From NCBI GenBank assembly GCA_037190965.1, contig JBBCKI010000028.1:64001-128000 (forward strand): DNA of 64,000 bases, written 5' to 3'. Below, piece by piece: positions 1 to 9,437 of this stretch. The translations under genes were made by a program, and so were the position numbers. The DNA is from Chthoniobacteraceae bacterium. GTDB taxonomy: Bacteria > Verrucomicrobiota > Verrucomicrobiia > Chthoniobacterales > Chthoniobacteraceae. The notes beneath the pieces are model-generated. The model ran no database searches, had not been told where the DNA came from, and saw nothing but the letters and a program-made list of their open reading frames with translations. Position 1 is the first letter of the stretch, and each line of letters opens with the position of its first letter.

Positions 1-124
1 ACATCGGATCGAAACGTGGTGGCGCAGTTCGGTCGGCTCGATACCGCTCAGAGTAACCTTGCCTACTATGGTAGCGACGGTTTTCACGAGCCGCTGTAAC
101 CTGCAATCATTTGTTTGTTAGATT

Positions 125-154
125 AAGGAGCCGGGGGTTCGCCCTCGGCTCCTT
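125..154. terminator. Stem-loop downstream of the 182..2233 gene; possible terminator or mRNA-stabilising hairpin
   Basis: AAGGAGCCGGGGG-TTCG-CCCTCGGCTCCTT: 13-bp stem with one G.U pair on + (A.C mismatch on -); no clear U-tract. Confidence 0.4.
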
Positions 155-181
155 GCCTCATAATGAGGCTGAAGGCGAAGA

Positions 182-2233
182 TTAGCGCTCCGGAGAGATT
201 TCGATCTCGAGAACCGACATCGATTTCCCAGCCATCTTTTTCAGGCGGAAGATGCTTCCGTTGGGAACGACTGTATTCTTCGGAAATTGGCTGAGCGTTA
301 CGATTCGTTCGCAGGGGACTCCAACATCCACGGTGCAGTTCCGGTAATAAAACGCATTGTTTCGCACGTAGACTCGCAATGTATGGAGCCCTGTTTTGTA
401 CGCCCAAGCTTGAATGTCCTTCGGGTTTTGCAGGACGCGGACGCCGTTGGCTTCGGAAATGATCCAGTTCGCCGCACTTTGAAGGACGGCATCGGGGATC
501 TTCCGGCTGGCAAGATCGACCAACCAGAAGAACGAATCCTGTGCGGCAGATGGTTCGAAAGGCTCGGGAGCGGGCCACTCGCCTTCCAGTGAGGAGTTTG
601 CTTTTTCTGAATAGATCGAAATCTCGAAGGCATCGGCTCCCCCGTAATAAGCGCGGCGCTGGCGGGGTGCCGGATCTGCCGGGGCTGGGCCGCCGACGGT
701 GATAACGGAGATGTCTTTCCTCGCCATCAAGGCGCTCCACTCCTCCGTAGGTAGAAGGTGCGGATGAACGACAAGCAGGGTGCCCTTCCATGCCGCCAGA
801 TTTTCAGAACGCACCACTGCCAGCAGGGGGGCTCCCGCAGCGCTTAATTGCCACACGATCCGATCGAGCGGACAGCGACGGGTGGCGACATAATCCTCTA
901 CCAATCCTTCCCGGTAGGCATCGCTCCAATAAAGGGCGGCTCCCAGGATTCCCTCGGGCTTCAAGGCATAGCCAAGATTCCAACGGTCGGTGATCCATTC
1001 CCATTCGTGGGACTTTAGCCCATCCGACAGGACGGAGACGACGCCGCTTGTGGCAGTTTCAAACTGGCCGGCGCGATTGATGGAGAAGAGGGCGGTGTGG
1101 GAGAAAATTTCGCTTTCGAGATTGGTGGGTGCGTGATGAATGCCGTTCCAGGCTTCGTGGCTATCTTTGATGGCATTCATAAAGATAATCCGGGCTTTTG
1201 GTGCAGTCGCGCGGAGGAGATGCAGCTTGGTGGCAAATCGTTTGATGACCCAGGTGGGATCCCAGTCAGGAAGGCCCTCTTCGCCGTAGGGAAGGTCGCC
1301 TCCGTATTCATGCGCGGCGGCGGCGGTTTCCGCTATAAAGCCATCCACGCCTGCTTCGCTGAGCGCACGATAGTCCACCCCATAGCGGTAAATGGCTTCG
1401 AACGGGTCGCGTGTCCAGGCGGAGTTCATGAGGAGTTCCTTCCCTTCGCCGTGGAGTACCTCGGCTGCTTGTTTCCAGAAGGCAGTGGTGCGTGCGCAGT
1501 GGAACTGTATCCATGAGAGGCGTCGCTCTTTCCAGATCCACTCAGCTCGTGCCGAGATCTTGTTCGGATCCAGCCCGGCGGCTTGTGAAAAGCCACACGG
1601 AAGCTTTTCCCCAAGCCAGTCCTGATATTGCCGGAGGGTGTCATCCGAGAAGTCACCTTCGTAGATTGGAATGCGGGGATGGGCAAGGCCATCGCCGGCG
1701 TGATAGCCATCAAATCCATAGTCTTTGATGACCTTCAACAGGCGCGGCAGGTAGTAGTCTTGATAACTTTCTCCGCTCGCCAGGCGTTTATATGGCGTCA
1801 TGGAGTAGCCTTGTGCGCCATGACGGTCGATGAACAGCAGTTCCGGATGCTCGCTCAGCCATCCGGAGACGGGGCCATCGAAGTGGGAAAAGAAGACGTG
1901 AATTCCCTTTTCGCGAAGAGTGGTGATCAGGCCCAACAGATGGCGCGCTGTCCAGTCTTGCCGATGGCGCTCTTCGTTCCTGTCGTGTCCACCATAGGAG
2001 CAGATGTCGGGGGTGAAGATGCGATCCAAGCGCTCGTTGTGACCGTGAACGAATTCCGGCTCCGCCAGAAGAAGTGTGACCACGGTGGGGATGAAGCCGG
2101 CGTTTTCCAAAAACCGATTTACGCCATAGTCGGCAAGGTGAAGGTCAAATCCGATGAGCTCGATCCAGAGCCACCGTTCGTATGGAGGCTTGGAGGTTGG
2201 GGTGAAAAGATACTCCGAGTTTAACGGCGTCAT
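182..2233 (-). CDS. Hypothetical protein, probably a TIM-barrel glycoside-hydrolase-like protein (683 aa)
   Basis: Long ORF. Start placed at MTPLNSEY (2233) rather than 2326. Contains WLSEHPELL, YGFDGYHAGDG and RYGVDYRALSEAGVDGFIAE, reminiscent of GH-A/GHL10-like barrels. No signal peptide; follows the PEP-CTERM gene on the same strand. Confidence 0.6.
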   Translation of the reverse strand: MTPLNSEYLFTPTSKPPYERWLWIELIGFDLHLADYGVNRFLENAGFIPTVVTLLLAEPEFVHGHNERLDRIFTPDICSYGGHDRNEERHRQDWTARHLLGLITTLREKGIHVFFSHFDGPVSGWLSEHPELLFIDRHGAQGYSMTPYKRLASGESYQDYYLPRLLKVIKDYGFDGYHAGDGLAHPRIPIYEGDFSDDTLRQYQDWLGEKLPCGFSQAAGLDPNKISARAEWIWKERRLSWIQFHCARTTAFWKQAAEVLHGEGKELLMNSAWTRDPFEAIYRYGVDYRALSEAGVDGFIAETAAAAHEYGGDLPYGEEGLPDWDPTWVIKRFATKLHLLRATAPKARIIFMNAIKDSHEAWNGIHHAPTNLESEIFSHTALFSINRAGQFETATSGVVSVLSDGLKSHEWEWITDRWNLGYALKPEGILGAALYWSDAYREGLVEDYVATRRCPLDRIVWQLSAAGAPLLAVVRSENLAAWKGTLLVVHPHLLPTEEWSALMARKDISVITVGGPAPADPAPRQRRAYYGGADAFEISIYSEKANSSLEGEWPAPEPFEPSAAQDSFFWLVDLASRKIPDAVLQSAANWIISEANGVRVLQNPKDIQAWAYKTGLHTLRVYVRNNAFYYRNCTVDVGVPCERIVTLSQFPKNTVVPNGSIFRLKKMAGKSMSVLEIEISPER

Positions 2234-2371
2234 GGGTTTTATATTAACGGTGTTGCAGCAAAAAGGGGAGACTGGAGCGTTCCCAGTGAAAATCAACAGG
2301 CACCGCGATGGGCTGCTTTCTTGCATGGAAGAAGCCTATCGGGTGCCCCGCAGAGCTGGAGTTTTGTTATT

Positions 2372-4129
2372 CTAAGCGGTTTTACGCTTTCTCTTGACGA
2401 AGAACAGGCCGCTACCCAGCAGCAACAGCCCGACGGAGGTGGGCTCGGGAATGGCCGCTAGAAGCTGGCCTTGACCGCCCCAGAGATCGTAGTCGAGGCC
2501 ATTGAGGAAGGCATTTTCGGCCAGCGTGGCGTTGTAATAGATATTCAGACCACCGCTCAGGTCGAGCGCGCTGATGAGGGAGGTGGCCAGCTCTTCTGCG
2601 GAGAGGTCAAGGCCCTCAAGGGTGAGCAGGTTGACGTAGAGCGCATTGACTCCTTCCTCCCCGGTCAGGATGAGCTTATTGCCGTGACTGATCGTAAGCG
2701 CACCCAGCGTAAAGGGATTACTGACGCCACCGGCGCGCCCGCTTTCAAGAAAAGCGCTGGAGGTGATGTTGACGATGTGATCGCCATCCGCGCCCGTGCT
2801 CAAACGGAAGGTGGTATCGGTAAAATTGGAGTCTACCGCGTTAGTGGTTTGGATGAAGAGGTCTTCCTGGAACTGAAGCTCGGATGAGGTTCCGCGCAAG
2901 GCACCGGTAGCGGTGATGTTGACGGTATTCTTAAAGAGAATCGTCGAGTGGGTCGCTTCAATCAAACCGCTGTTGACCAATGCTGCATCGACGGTCGCGT
3001 TCTCGGCATCGAACGCGGTCAGTCTGCCATTTGACCCGATGGTCGTGGTGCCAGTGGTTCGCCACGCGGAATTGCTCCCGGTCAGTTCCAAAGCGGTGTA
3101 GTTCTCTCCTCCAAGACCGGAGTCGAAGGTGTAGCTCGCAATCGACTGGTTGCTCGAGCTATTGAGGCGGAAGGCGTTGTTTCCGCTGAAAGTGAAGTTG
3201 CTGGAGAGCGTGGCCTTTGAAATGTCCGCATCGGACACGTTGCGATACGAAATCACGCCGTTATTCACCGTGAGAGCGGCACCCGGGCTGCTGCTTCCGA
3301 CGTAGAATGCGCTGGAAGTAAACTGGAGGGTGCCGCCGTCGCGAATCGTCAGGGATGTGGGGATGGCTCCGGGATCGTACGACTGATTGTAGTAGATGGA
3401 AGAAGTTTCAAGGATGCCATTGCCATGGACGTCGATGGATGCTCCTCCGGTGCCGCTCCCCGAACCCATGTCGATGCTTGATGTGCGGAAAATGCCGCCG
3501 GAGATATCGACCTCAGCCCTGGTGTTTGCAAATGCTGCGATGTAAGTTTGGCCTGAAGTGATATCAAGGATGCCCCCCGTCATGAGAAGCCTTGCGCTTC
3601 CCGACGCGCCTCCGACAAGCAACCCAGCTTGAGCCGCTACGTGGCCCGAGGAAATTTGAAGTACCCCGGCATCATCCACCGAGAGATACGCAAAACCGGG
3701 GCCTGATATATTCAGATTCCCGCCGTTGACGTGCAGGGTTGCGCTTTGTGAAACGACAACGGCACTTCGGTAGGCGGGATCGCCGATTCCATGAGCTGAG
3801 AGGGTAGACTCCGAGTTGGAGAGAACAAGGGTATTTCCGGCCCCGGATAGCCTTATGGCGGCGATGTCAAGATTCTCGAGAGGGGTGGAGTTATCGATCG
3901 TAACAGTCTTGGTGTCACCGTTAATAATGCTGACTGAACTGCCCGATTGAGGGGCGCCGTTGTCCCAATTTCCCGCATCCTGCCATAGCCCGCTTTCGGG
4001 AGTGCTCCAGTAAGTTTCCGCCTGGGCTGAGTATGCTGCAAATGGCCCGATCGCGATGGCTGCACCGAGCGCTTTGAGGTGCCGCAAGGAGGCTCTCTTT
4101 CCGGTGAATGGAGGGAGGAGGTTTTTCAT
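2372..4129 (-). CDS. PEP-CTERM sorting-domain surface protein, Gly/Ser/Thr-rich beta-helix type
   Basis: Signal peptide (…SAQA|ETY); W..SGLWQDAGNW N-terminal motif; C-terminus IPEPTSVGLLLLGSGLFFVKRKRKTA. Confidence 0.92.
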   Translation of the reverse strand: MKNLLPPFTGKRASLRHLKALGAAIAIGPFAAYSAQAETYWSTPESGLWQDAGNWDNGAPQSGSSVSIINGDTKTVTIDNSTPLENLDIAAIRLSGAGNTLVLSNSESTLSAHGIGDPAYRSAVVVSQSATLHVNGGNLNISGPGFAYLSVDDAGVLQISSGHVAAQAGLLVGGASGSARLLMTGGILDITSGQTYIAAFANTRAEVDISGGIFRTSSIDMGSGSGTGGASIDVHGNGILETSSIYYNQSYDPGAIPTSLTIRDGGTLQFTSSAFYVGSSSPGAALTVNNGVISYRNVSDADISKATLSSNFTFSGNNAFRLNSSSNQSIASYTFDSGLGGENYTALELTGSNSAWRTTGTTTIGSNGRLTAFDAENATVDAALVNSGLIEATHSTILFKNTVNITATGALRGTSSELQFQEDLFIQTTNAVDSNFTDTTFRLSTGADGDHIVNITSSAFLESGRAGGVSNPFTLGALTISHGNKLILTGEEGVNALYVNLLTLEGLDLSAEELATSLISALDLSGGLNIYYNATLAENAFLNGLDYDLWGGQGQLLAAIPEPTSVGLLLLGSGLFFVKRKRKTA

Positions 4130-4291
4130 AGGGGTAAGCTTTGTTCTCGAACGATCAGAGGGAGTGATATGGAAAGGCGATCTATAACGAGGCGAGGAGA
4201 CGCTAGGGTTTTGAAAGGGGAAGCCATGAAATTTCCAACGTCCCAGGTGGTTTTACTTAATAATGCCGAGCTTCGGGCAAAGTGGGGTTTG

Positions 4292-4338
4292 CGTCAAAAA
4301 TAAAGGATTGCACTATCGCTGCGATGGTTTGCATTATC
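4292..4338 (-). promoter_or_regulatory. Putative activator-dependent promoter: tandem TTGCAYTATC repeats (21-bp period) next to a TTGACG -35 on the minus strand
   Basis: TTGCACTATC 4308-4317 and TTGCATTATC 4329-4338; CGTCAAA upstream reads TTTGACG on -. The same arrangement recurs at 7173-7219. Confidence 0.6.
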
Positions 4339-4403
4339 TTCCCAATCTTCCAAAGCTCAGGAGCTTGATTTCTGTGAATGGCGTCATGACATTGGGATGG
4401 TGT

Positions 4404-4434
4404 GATAGTGCAAGATATTTGCCAGATTGTTCAT
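4404..4434 (+). promoter_or_regulatory. Inverted copy of the same repeat pair, facing gene 4648
   Basis: GATAGTGCAA 4404-4413 is the exact reverse complement of 4308-4317; degenerate GATTGTTCAT lies 21 bp later at 4425. Confidence 0.45.
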
Positions 4435-4604
4435 TTGTTGTGAATTGTCATGGCTTGTTTTTTAAGAGAAACTTTCGTTCTTCAATGTCCCCTTCTGAGG
4501 CTGCTAATGGGATTGTTTCTCTTTTATTATATTAGGAAACATCTGATTTTGTGGATTTGCCTATTTTGCCGCTTGTTGCAATTGCCGGTTTTACGCCTGT
4601 TGCC

Positions 4605-4633
4605 TTTTCAGATAAGGAGAGGGAAGCTATAAT
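4605..4633 (+). promoter_or_regulatory. Sigma70-like promoter for the 4648 gene
   Basis: TTTTCA(4605-4610)-N17-TATAAT(4628-4633), 14 nt before the ATG. Confidence 0.45.
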
Positions 4634-4647
4634 TTGACAACCAAACC

Positions 4648-5238
4648 ATGAACAAAGCAGTCACTTTAAAAACAATCATTATTGCAGCAGCCTCTTTCAC
4701 CTCATCCGCACTTTTGATGGCGGACGGTATGCTGGCGAACGGAGACTTTGAAGAGACGGTGGAGATTTCCACGGATGCCGACAGGCAACGCTATCAGGCT
4801 GAGGGATGGGAACTGGGAAATGTGCCCCCCCGTTTGCCGTCGGGCTGGTCGTTGCACCACACTCACAAGGGGCGGCTAACGCTGGTCGAGGAGAACGTGA
4901 AATCGGGCGGCGTCGCGTGCATGGTAGAAGGTGGGGGCTGGATTCATGCCGGCTTTCCGGTGAATGCCGACTCCCGGTTGAACATTACCTTTTGGGCAAA
5001 GGGCGATGGAAAGGTGCGCGTGATGCTATTCCAGTACGAATACGATTCCAATGGTTCGGTAGCTCAGTTCCTGGAGACGGCGGAGTTGGAGACGGTTCAA
5101 CTTAATGGAGAGTGGAAAGAGTATAAGATGACGCATCAATTCTCTTTGCCGGCCGTGAACCGGGCAGACATCGCTTTCGACGTTCAGGGTGCCGCGGTGT
5201 TGGACGCCGTCAATATTCAGGAAGGCGGAACAGAATGA
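4648..5238 (+). CDS. Secreted carbohydrate-binding-domain protein (CBM4/9-like galactose-binding fold)
   Basis: Signal peptide; LANGDFEE, PSGW, ITFWAKG, GEWKEY and VLDAVNI motifs typical of CBM_4_9 sandwiches. Confidence 0.75.
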   Translation: MNKAVTLKTIIIAAASFTSSALLMADGMLANGDFEETVEISTDADRQRYQAEGWELGNVPPRLPSGWSLHHTHKGRLTLVEENVKSGGVACMVEGGGWIHAGFPVNADSRLNITFWAKGDGKVRVMLFQYEYDSNGSVAQFLETAELETVQLNGEWKEYKMTHQFSLPAVNRADIAFDVQGAAVLDAVNIQEGGTE

Positions 5239-5307
5239 GCCGCCCGATGGGTAGTCGTTGACGATCGAGCCGGTGGGCCATTCCGGTTCAACTCGGCCAG
5301 ATACGGC

Positions 5308-5340
5308 GCACAAGGACGACTCAGCGACTCGTCCTTGTGC
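5308..5340. terminator. Hairpin between convergent genes (possible bidirectional terminator)
   Basis: Perfect 12-bp stem GCACAAGGACGA / TCGTCCTTGTGC with a 9-nt loop. Confidence 0.55.
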
Positions 5341-5355
5341 TTGTAAGCGTGGGCC

Positions 5356-6348
5356 CTAAGCCAGGCATCCCTGAAAGGCGGTGCCTTTCTTCACTTCTTC
5401 GCAAATTCGCACAATTTCGACGGCGTGATCCGTAGTGATTGGGAATGGAACTCCATCCGAGATTGAATGATAAAGATATTTCCAGATAAAGAGCGGATGC
5501 TCCCATATCTCCGGGTCGATCTGCAGGTTCTCCAGGAGCCACTCATCTTTGGAACCCGGTTTAAGGTATTTCATCGTGATATCGAGCCCCTTGCAAATGA
5601 GCGTTCCCCTGTCTCCGAAGATCACATACTCCGGCTGGCCGAGCGTCACCCCGCAACTTGCCTCCAGATCAACAATACGCCCATTCTTTCCGGTCAGAAT
5701 GATTTTGAAATGATCCTCCGCATCGCCATTGGAGATGATCTTTCGCAGATTTCCCCAGACATCGGCCACTTCAGATCCCAGGAAAATGAGCGCATGATCA
5801 ACGATATGCGACCCCCAATCGTTGACATGGCCGCCGCCGGAGGCGATACGGGCCTGCCATCCGTCCATCCGTAAATATGCATGGCGATGCAGTTTCACCT
5901 GATGAATTTCTCCAAGCGCGCCGGAGTCACAAATCTTTCGAACCTGTTGGAACTGCGGTTCAAAACGCCGGTTATGGCGAAAATAGAGTTTTCCTCGATG
6001 TCGTTCGCTTGCGGCCTTAAGTTTCAGAGCGTCGGCGTAGGTGTTGGCTATCGGTTTCTCTACGAACGCGTATTTTCCAGCCTCCAGTGACTGCAAGGCA
6101 TGCTGGGCATGGTTAAACGAAGGCGTGGCGATTGCGACAAGATCCACCTCCGGATCCTTCAGCATTTCGTCGCCGGAAGTATACTTGCGCATGGAAGGCA
6201 ATGCCTGAGCCGCAGCCTCCAAATTCGCCTCGGATGAGTCGCAGCCCGCGATGATTTCATACATCTCAGGATATTCCGCCAGTTCCGGAATGTACATCCC
6301 TCGCCCGGCATAGCCCAGCCCCCAAATCCCAATTCGAATTTTGCTCAT
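5356..6348 (-). CDS. Gfo/Idh/MocA family NAD(P)-dependent oxidoreductase
   Basis: IGIWGLGYAG, VDLVAIATPSFNH, VEKP, HNRRF, GGGHVNDWGSHIVD. Confidence 0.95.
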   Translation of the reverse strand: MSKIRIGIWGLGYAGRGMYIPELAEYPEMYEIIAGCDSSEANLEAAAQALPSMRKYTSGDEMLKDPEVDLVAIATPSFNHAQHALQSLEAGKYAFVEKPIANTYADALKLKAASERHRGKLYFRHNRRFEPQFQQVRKICDSGALGEIHQVKLHRHAYLRMDGWQARIASGGGHVNDWGSHIVDHALIFLGSEVADVWGNLRKIISNGDAEDHFKIILTGKNGRIVDLEASCGVTLGQPEYVIFGDRGTLICKGLDITMKYLKPGSKDEWLLENLQIDPEIWEHPLFIWKYLYHSISDGVPFPITTDHAVEIVRICEEVKKGTAFQGCLA

Positions 6349-7097
6349 GATTTCAAAACGTCCTGAATAAAGTTCCAGCTCGTGGTTAAGTCGCGAAACG
6401 GATCGCAGAGATGCTCATCGTGCTCTACATAGATCCAGCCATCCCATCCCAGCCGAGCCAATTCTTCAATGACGGGCCCATTGCTAAAGCCATTATTGCC
6501 GCCACCCAGCTCACAAAAGCGATATTCGTCGTTTCCCCACTCATCTTTTCCCCCCAACAGGAAGACATCCTTAACATGTAACACCACAATACGCCGGTGA
6601 TACTTCCGAACAATCTCCACCGCATCTCCGCCAGCCATGCTGAGATGGCCGGTGTCCAATATTAGCCCCGCCTCAGGGCAATTCGTCAGAAAATCCTCCA
6701 CCTCCTGCTGGCTTTGAACTCGACAGCCCATGTGATTGTGAAGTGCTCCGATCACATTCCACCGTCGGCAGGCCTTCAGGAATGTATTGCTTCGGCGGCA
6801 GTAGGTCTCGAAACTGGTTTGACGATTTGCGACACCGGCGCTCAGCCAGACATACCGTTTTTCCAATGCCGCGGCCCATTGGATGGCAAGCCTGGGATTG
6901 GGGGCATGGCAAGTGCTGAAGGTCATGCTCAACTTCCGAAAAAGAGCCGCGCGCTGAATGAGGTCATCGGCATTGATTGCCGAAAGCATCTCGACGCCTT
7001 GGTACCCGATCTCTTTTAACCGATGCAGACGATCCTCGGGATCATAGTCTTCACCATCCCATACATTCAACCCATAATCCGCGACGCCGATTTTCAT
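6345..7097 (-). CDS. Sugar phosphate isomerase/epimerase (AP_endonuc_2 / IolE-like TIM barrel)
   Basis: GYQGVE, LHNH, LDTGH, LHVKD, GWDGWIYVEHD; 4-nt overlap with the next gene. Confidence 0.9.
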   Translation of the reverse strand: MKIGVADYGLNVWDGEDYDPEDRLHRLKEIGYQGVEMLSAINADDLIQRAALFRKLSMTFSTCHAPNPRLAIQWAAALEKRYVWLSAGVANRQTSFETYCRRSNTFLKACRRWNVIGALHNHMGCRVQSQQEVEDFLTNCPEAGLILDTGHLSMAGGDAVEIVRKYHRRIVVLHVKDVFLLGGKDEWGNDEYRFCELGGGNNGFSNGPVIEELARLGWDGWIYVEHDEHLCDPFRDLTTSWNFIQDVLKS

Positions 7098-7172
7098 GAT
7101 ATTGCCCAGTTAATTCGATGGATTGCCTTTTTGTAAATTAGTTGACACGCATCTTGGCAGAACTGGCCATGT

Positions 7173-7219
7173 CGTCAAAGCAGACGGATTGCATTATCGT
7201 TTCAATCGATTGCATTATC
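7173..7219 (-). promoter_or_regulatory. Second tandem TTGCATTATC (21-bp period) + TTGACG promoter, upstream of the epimerase-dehydrogenase operon
   Basis: TTGCATTATC 7189-7198 and 7210-7219; CGTCAAA at the same offset as in the 4292 site. Confidence 0.6.
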
Positions 7220-7242
7220 TTGCCATGCCCCTTTGGGGCCGG

Positions 7243-8727
7243 TCATTGAAGCGAGTTTGGAAGATCCACAACGTCATAAGCATAGATCTCCGCCAGAAAG
7301 AGGCGGAGGGATGCCAATAAATGATGTTCGGGATTTTCGCTGACCGGCAAGACGGAATTGTCATTCCACCGCACGGTAATTTCGAGACGATCGCCATCGA
7401 TCGGCAGGCAATCCTCGAAGGAGAAGCCCGGCGTCGCTTCGGCCGGCGGCGAGGTAAAGCCGGTGAGGGGAGTTTCGCAGAATGAGAGCTGTACTGCGGC
7501 GTAACCACCGGCACGAACCCTGATGTTCAAAACAAGCTTTTTGCGTCCTGTGACCATGCCGAGATCGAGAATCATCTGGGCCTCGCTCTCGGCGCGAAAG
7601 CCGCAGAAGCGATCTCTGGGCCACCGGGCCAGATGGATGGCACCCAGCCCCTCTTTTCGGACCGTTTCGAGGGAACGTTTGTTGACTTTCCGGTCATGAT
7701 CGAGCACCCATGAATGCCCCTGGGAGAATACCGAGACGTAAAGCCAATGTTCGTTGCCCACCACAATAGGGCTTGAAGAGGTATAAAAGAAAGCCCCCTG
7801 GACTGGGCCGCCGGGCGGTTCGAGGAAGCTGGCTCGCCCGCTGTTAACGATCCAGCGGTCATCCGGGGTTTCCTGATAGGCTAGAATGACGCTGCCGGGC
7901 CCGAAGTTGCTGCTGCCGTTGTTGGAATACCCCATGGGGCTCCAGAATGCCCAAACGAGGCCGACGGTTCCGGTCTTTCCCGCGGGCATCATTGCCATTC
8001 CATAGTAGTCCGCACTTAATCCATGGCGCGATCTTGCCGCGAAGTCATCCGCTTCGTCCGCCATGAGCGCCAGGCGGGACGTTCCCCACCCGTCGGGGGA
8101 GAACTCGGCGGTGAAAATGCTTCTGCGGAGAACTCCCCCGGAGTACCGGAGGTGCTTGAAGGCCGCCAAGCCTTTCTGCGTCCTGCCGTCGTAGACGCTA
8201 GTGATGACGTCCAGGCCCGGAAAATTGGGAGAGGTTCTGTCGATACTCCAGGCGAGGCCATCCGGGGAGGTTGCGATATAGTAGCGATTGCGCTCCAGAT
8301 CAGGGTGAATCCCTTGAGCCCTTTTGCAGCAGCCGGTGGCGACATAGCGCCGGGCAGGGGGTTCATCGGGGAAGACCGTGATGGAGGGTGAATGAAGCGA
8401 GAGATTTGTCAGATTACCGGGGAGGACCTGCCCGCTCTGTTTCATTTTGATTTCGGGCTTCACCCAGTCGATCCCATTGTCGGACTCGGCATATGCGACA
8501 TAGGCGATATCGCTCGAAAAGTCATGTGCCGCAGTCGCGGCTTGGTACCAAAGTCGGAATCGATTTCCTTCTTTGATCACGGTGCCGTAAGTGACAGCGC
8601 CGAGTGCATCCGTTGCCGTATCGCCTTGGAGAACCGGGTGCGGCGAGACTTCGCCCTGGCACTGGAAGAAGGTTAGCCTTCCCACTTTTCCGATGATCTC
8701 CCGGCGGGTTTCAAATAGCAGCTCCAT
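7243..8727 (-). CDS. Hypothetical protein, five-bladed beta-propeller glycosidase-like (GH32/43/130-like) with C-terminal beta-sandwich
   Basis: YGTVIKEGNRFRLWY, YAESDNGIDWVKP, ATSPDGLAW, DRFCGF and GFSFEDCLPIDGD motifs. Confidence 0.65.
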   Translation of the reverse strand: MELLFETRREIIGKVGRLTFFQCQGEVSPHPVLQGDTATDALGAVTYGTVIKEGNRFRLWYQAATAAHDFSSDIAYVAYAESDNGIDWVKPEIKMKQSGQVLPGNLTNLSLHSPSITVFPDEPPARRYVATGCCKRAQGIHPDLERNRYYIATSPDGLAWSIDRTSPNFPGLDVITSVYDGRTQKGLAAFKHLRYSGGVLRRSIFTAEFSPDGWGTSRLALMADEADDFAARSRHGLSADYYGMAMMPAGKTGTVGLVWAFWSPMGYSNNGSSNFGPGSVILAYQETPDDRWIVNSGRASFLEPPGGPVQGAFFYTSSSPIVVGNEHWLYVSVFSQGHSWVLDHDRKVNKRSLETVRKEGLGAIHLARWPRDRFCGFRAESEAQMILDLGMVTGRKKLVLNIRVRAGGYAAVQLSFCETPLTGFTSPPAEATPGFSFEDCLPIDGDRLEITVRWNDNSVLPVSENPEHHLLASLRLFLAEIYAYDVVDLPNSLQ

Positions 8728-8738
8728 GACAGATTCCC

Positions 8739-9437
8739 TTACGGGTTGGCAATCAAATGGGACGAGAGTTCAGGAATGGCAACGCGAATTTCCTCTGCTA
8801 CGAATCCCGCCATGATCCGGGCTCCCTTTTCTGAGAAGTGGCTGCGATCATCGGGTGCCATGAGGTCTTCACTGCCGTCTTCACCCAGCTTTTCGAATAA
8901 CGCCTTGGCACGGGCATTCAGGTCAAGCACCGGCACGGAATCTTCGGCACCGATGCGTTTCATCGCCGCCGCATACGGTTCCAACTCCCGGGTTAGCTGC
9001 CCATCGGCTTGATACCGCCGCCGTGGTGGTGGAGTTACCAGTACGGGTTTGGCGCCCGATTCGCGCGCGGCGGCGATGAAAATTCGTAAATTTTCGGGGA
9101 ATTCTTTGTTCGGATCTGTCTTTCGGTGCTCCCCTTGATTGGCGTCGTTATGACCAAACTGAATCAACCAGTAGTTTGCCTTTGTCTCTTTGACGACGGG
9201 CCATAGCTCGGTGGTTTGATAAGACTTGGAGCTTTTCCCCAAGATGCCCATGTTGAGGATTTTAACGCTTCCGTCGAAATGTAAGTCGAGGAATTGACCC
9301 CATCCCCGCTTCGGATTGGTATCGGCGTACCGTTTGATGGTTGAATCTCCAAGCAGTTGGATGATCACTTCATCGGCACGGCTGATCGAGCTGAAGAAGC
9401 TGACTGCGGCAGCAAGCAAGGCTAACGTTTTGTTCAT
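8739..9437 (-). CDS. SGNH/GDSL hydrolase, rhamnogalacturonan acetylesterase-like (CE12)
   Basis: Start MNKTLALL (signal peptide); GDST, GWG, IQFGHND, PVLVTP, DRSH. Confidence 0.92.
   Translation of the reverse strand: MNKTLALLAAAVSFFSSISRADEVIIQLLGDSTIKRYADTNPKRGWGQFLDLHFDGSVKILNMGILGKSSKSYQTTELWPVVKETKANYWLIQFGHNDANQGEHRKTDPNKEFPENLRIFIAAARESGAKPVLVTPPPRRRYQADGQLTRELEPYAAAMKRIGAEDSVPVLDLNARAKALFEKLGEDGSEDLMAPDDRSHFSEKGARIMAGFVAEEIRVAIPELSSHLIANP

Noticed and set aside
1..87. Possible start of a minus-strand gene (GTG AAA ACC GTC…) running off the left edge
   Set aside because: Only 29 codons visible; cannot be supported
4263..7320. Small ORFs 4263..4535 and 7123..7320 sharing the peptide GLHYR…LHYL
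   Set aside because: The shared peptide is simply the translation of the TTGCAYTATC DNA repeats; the regulatory reading is simpler
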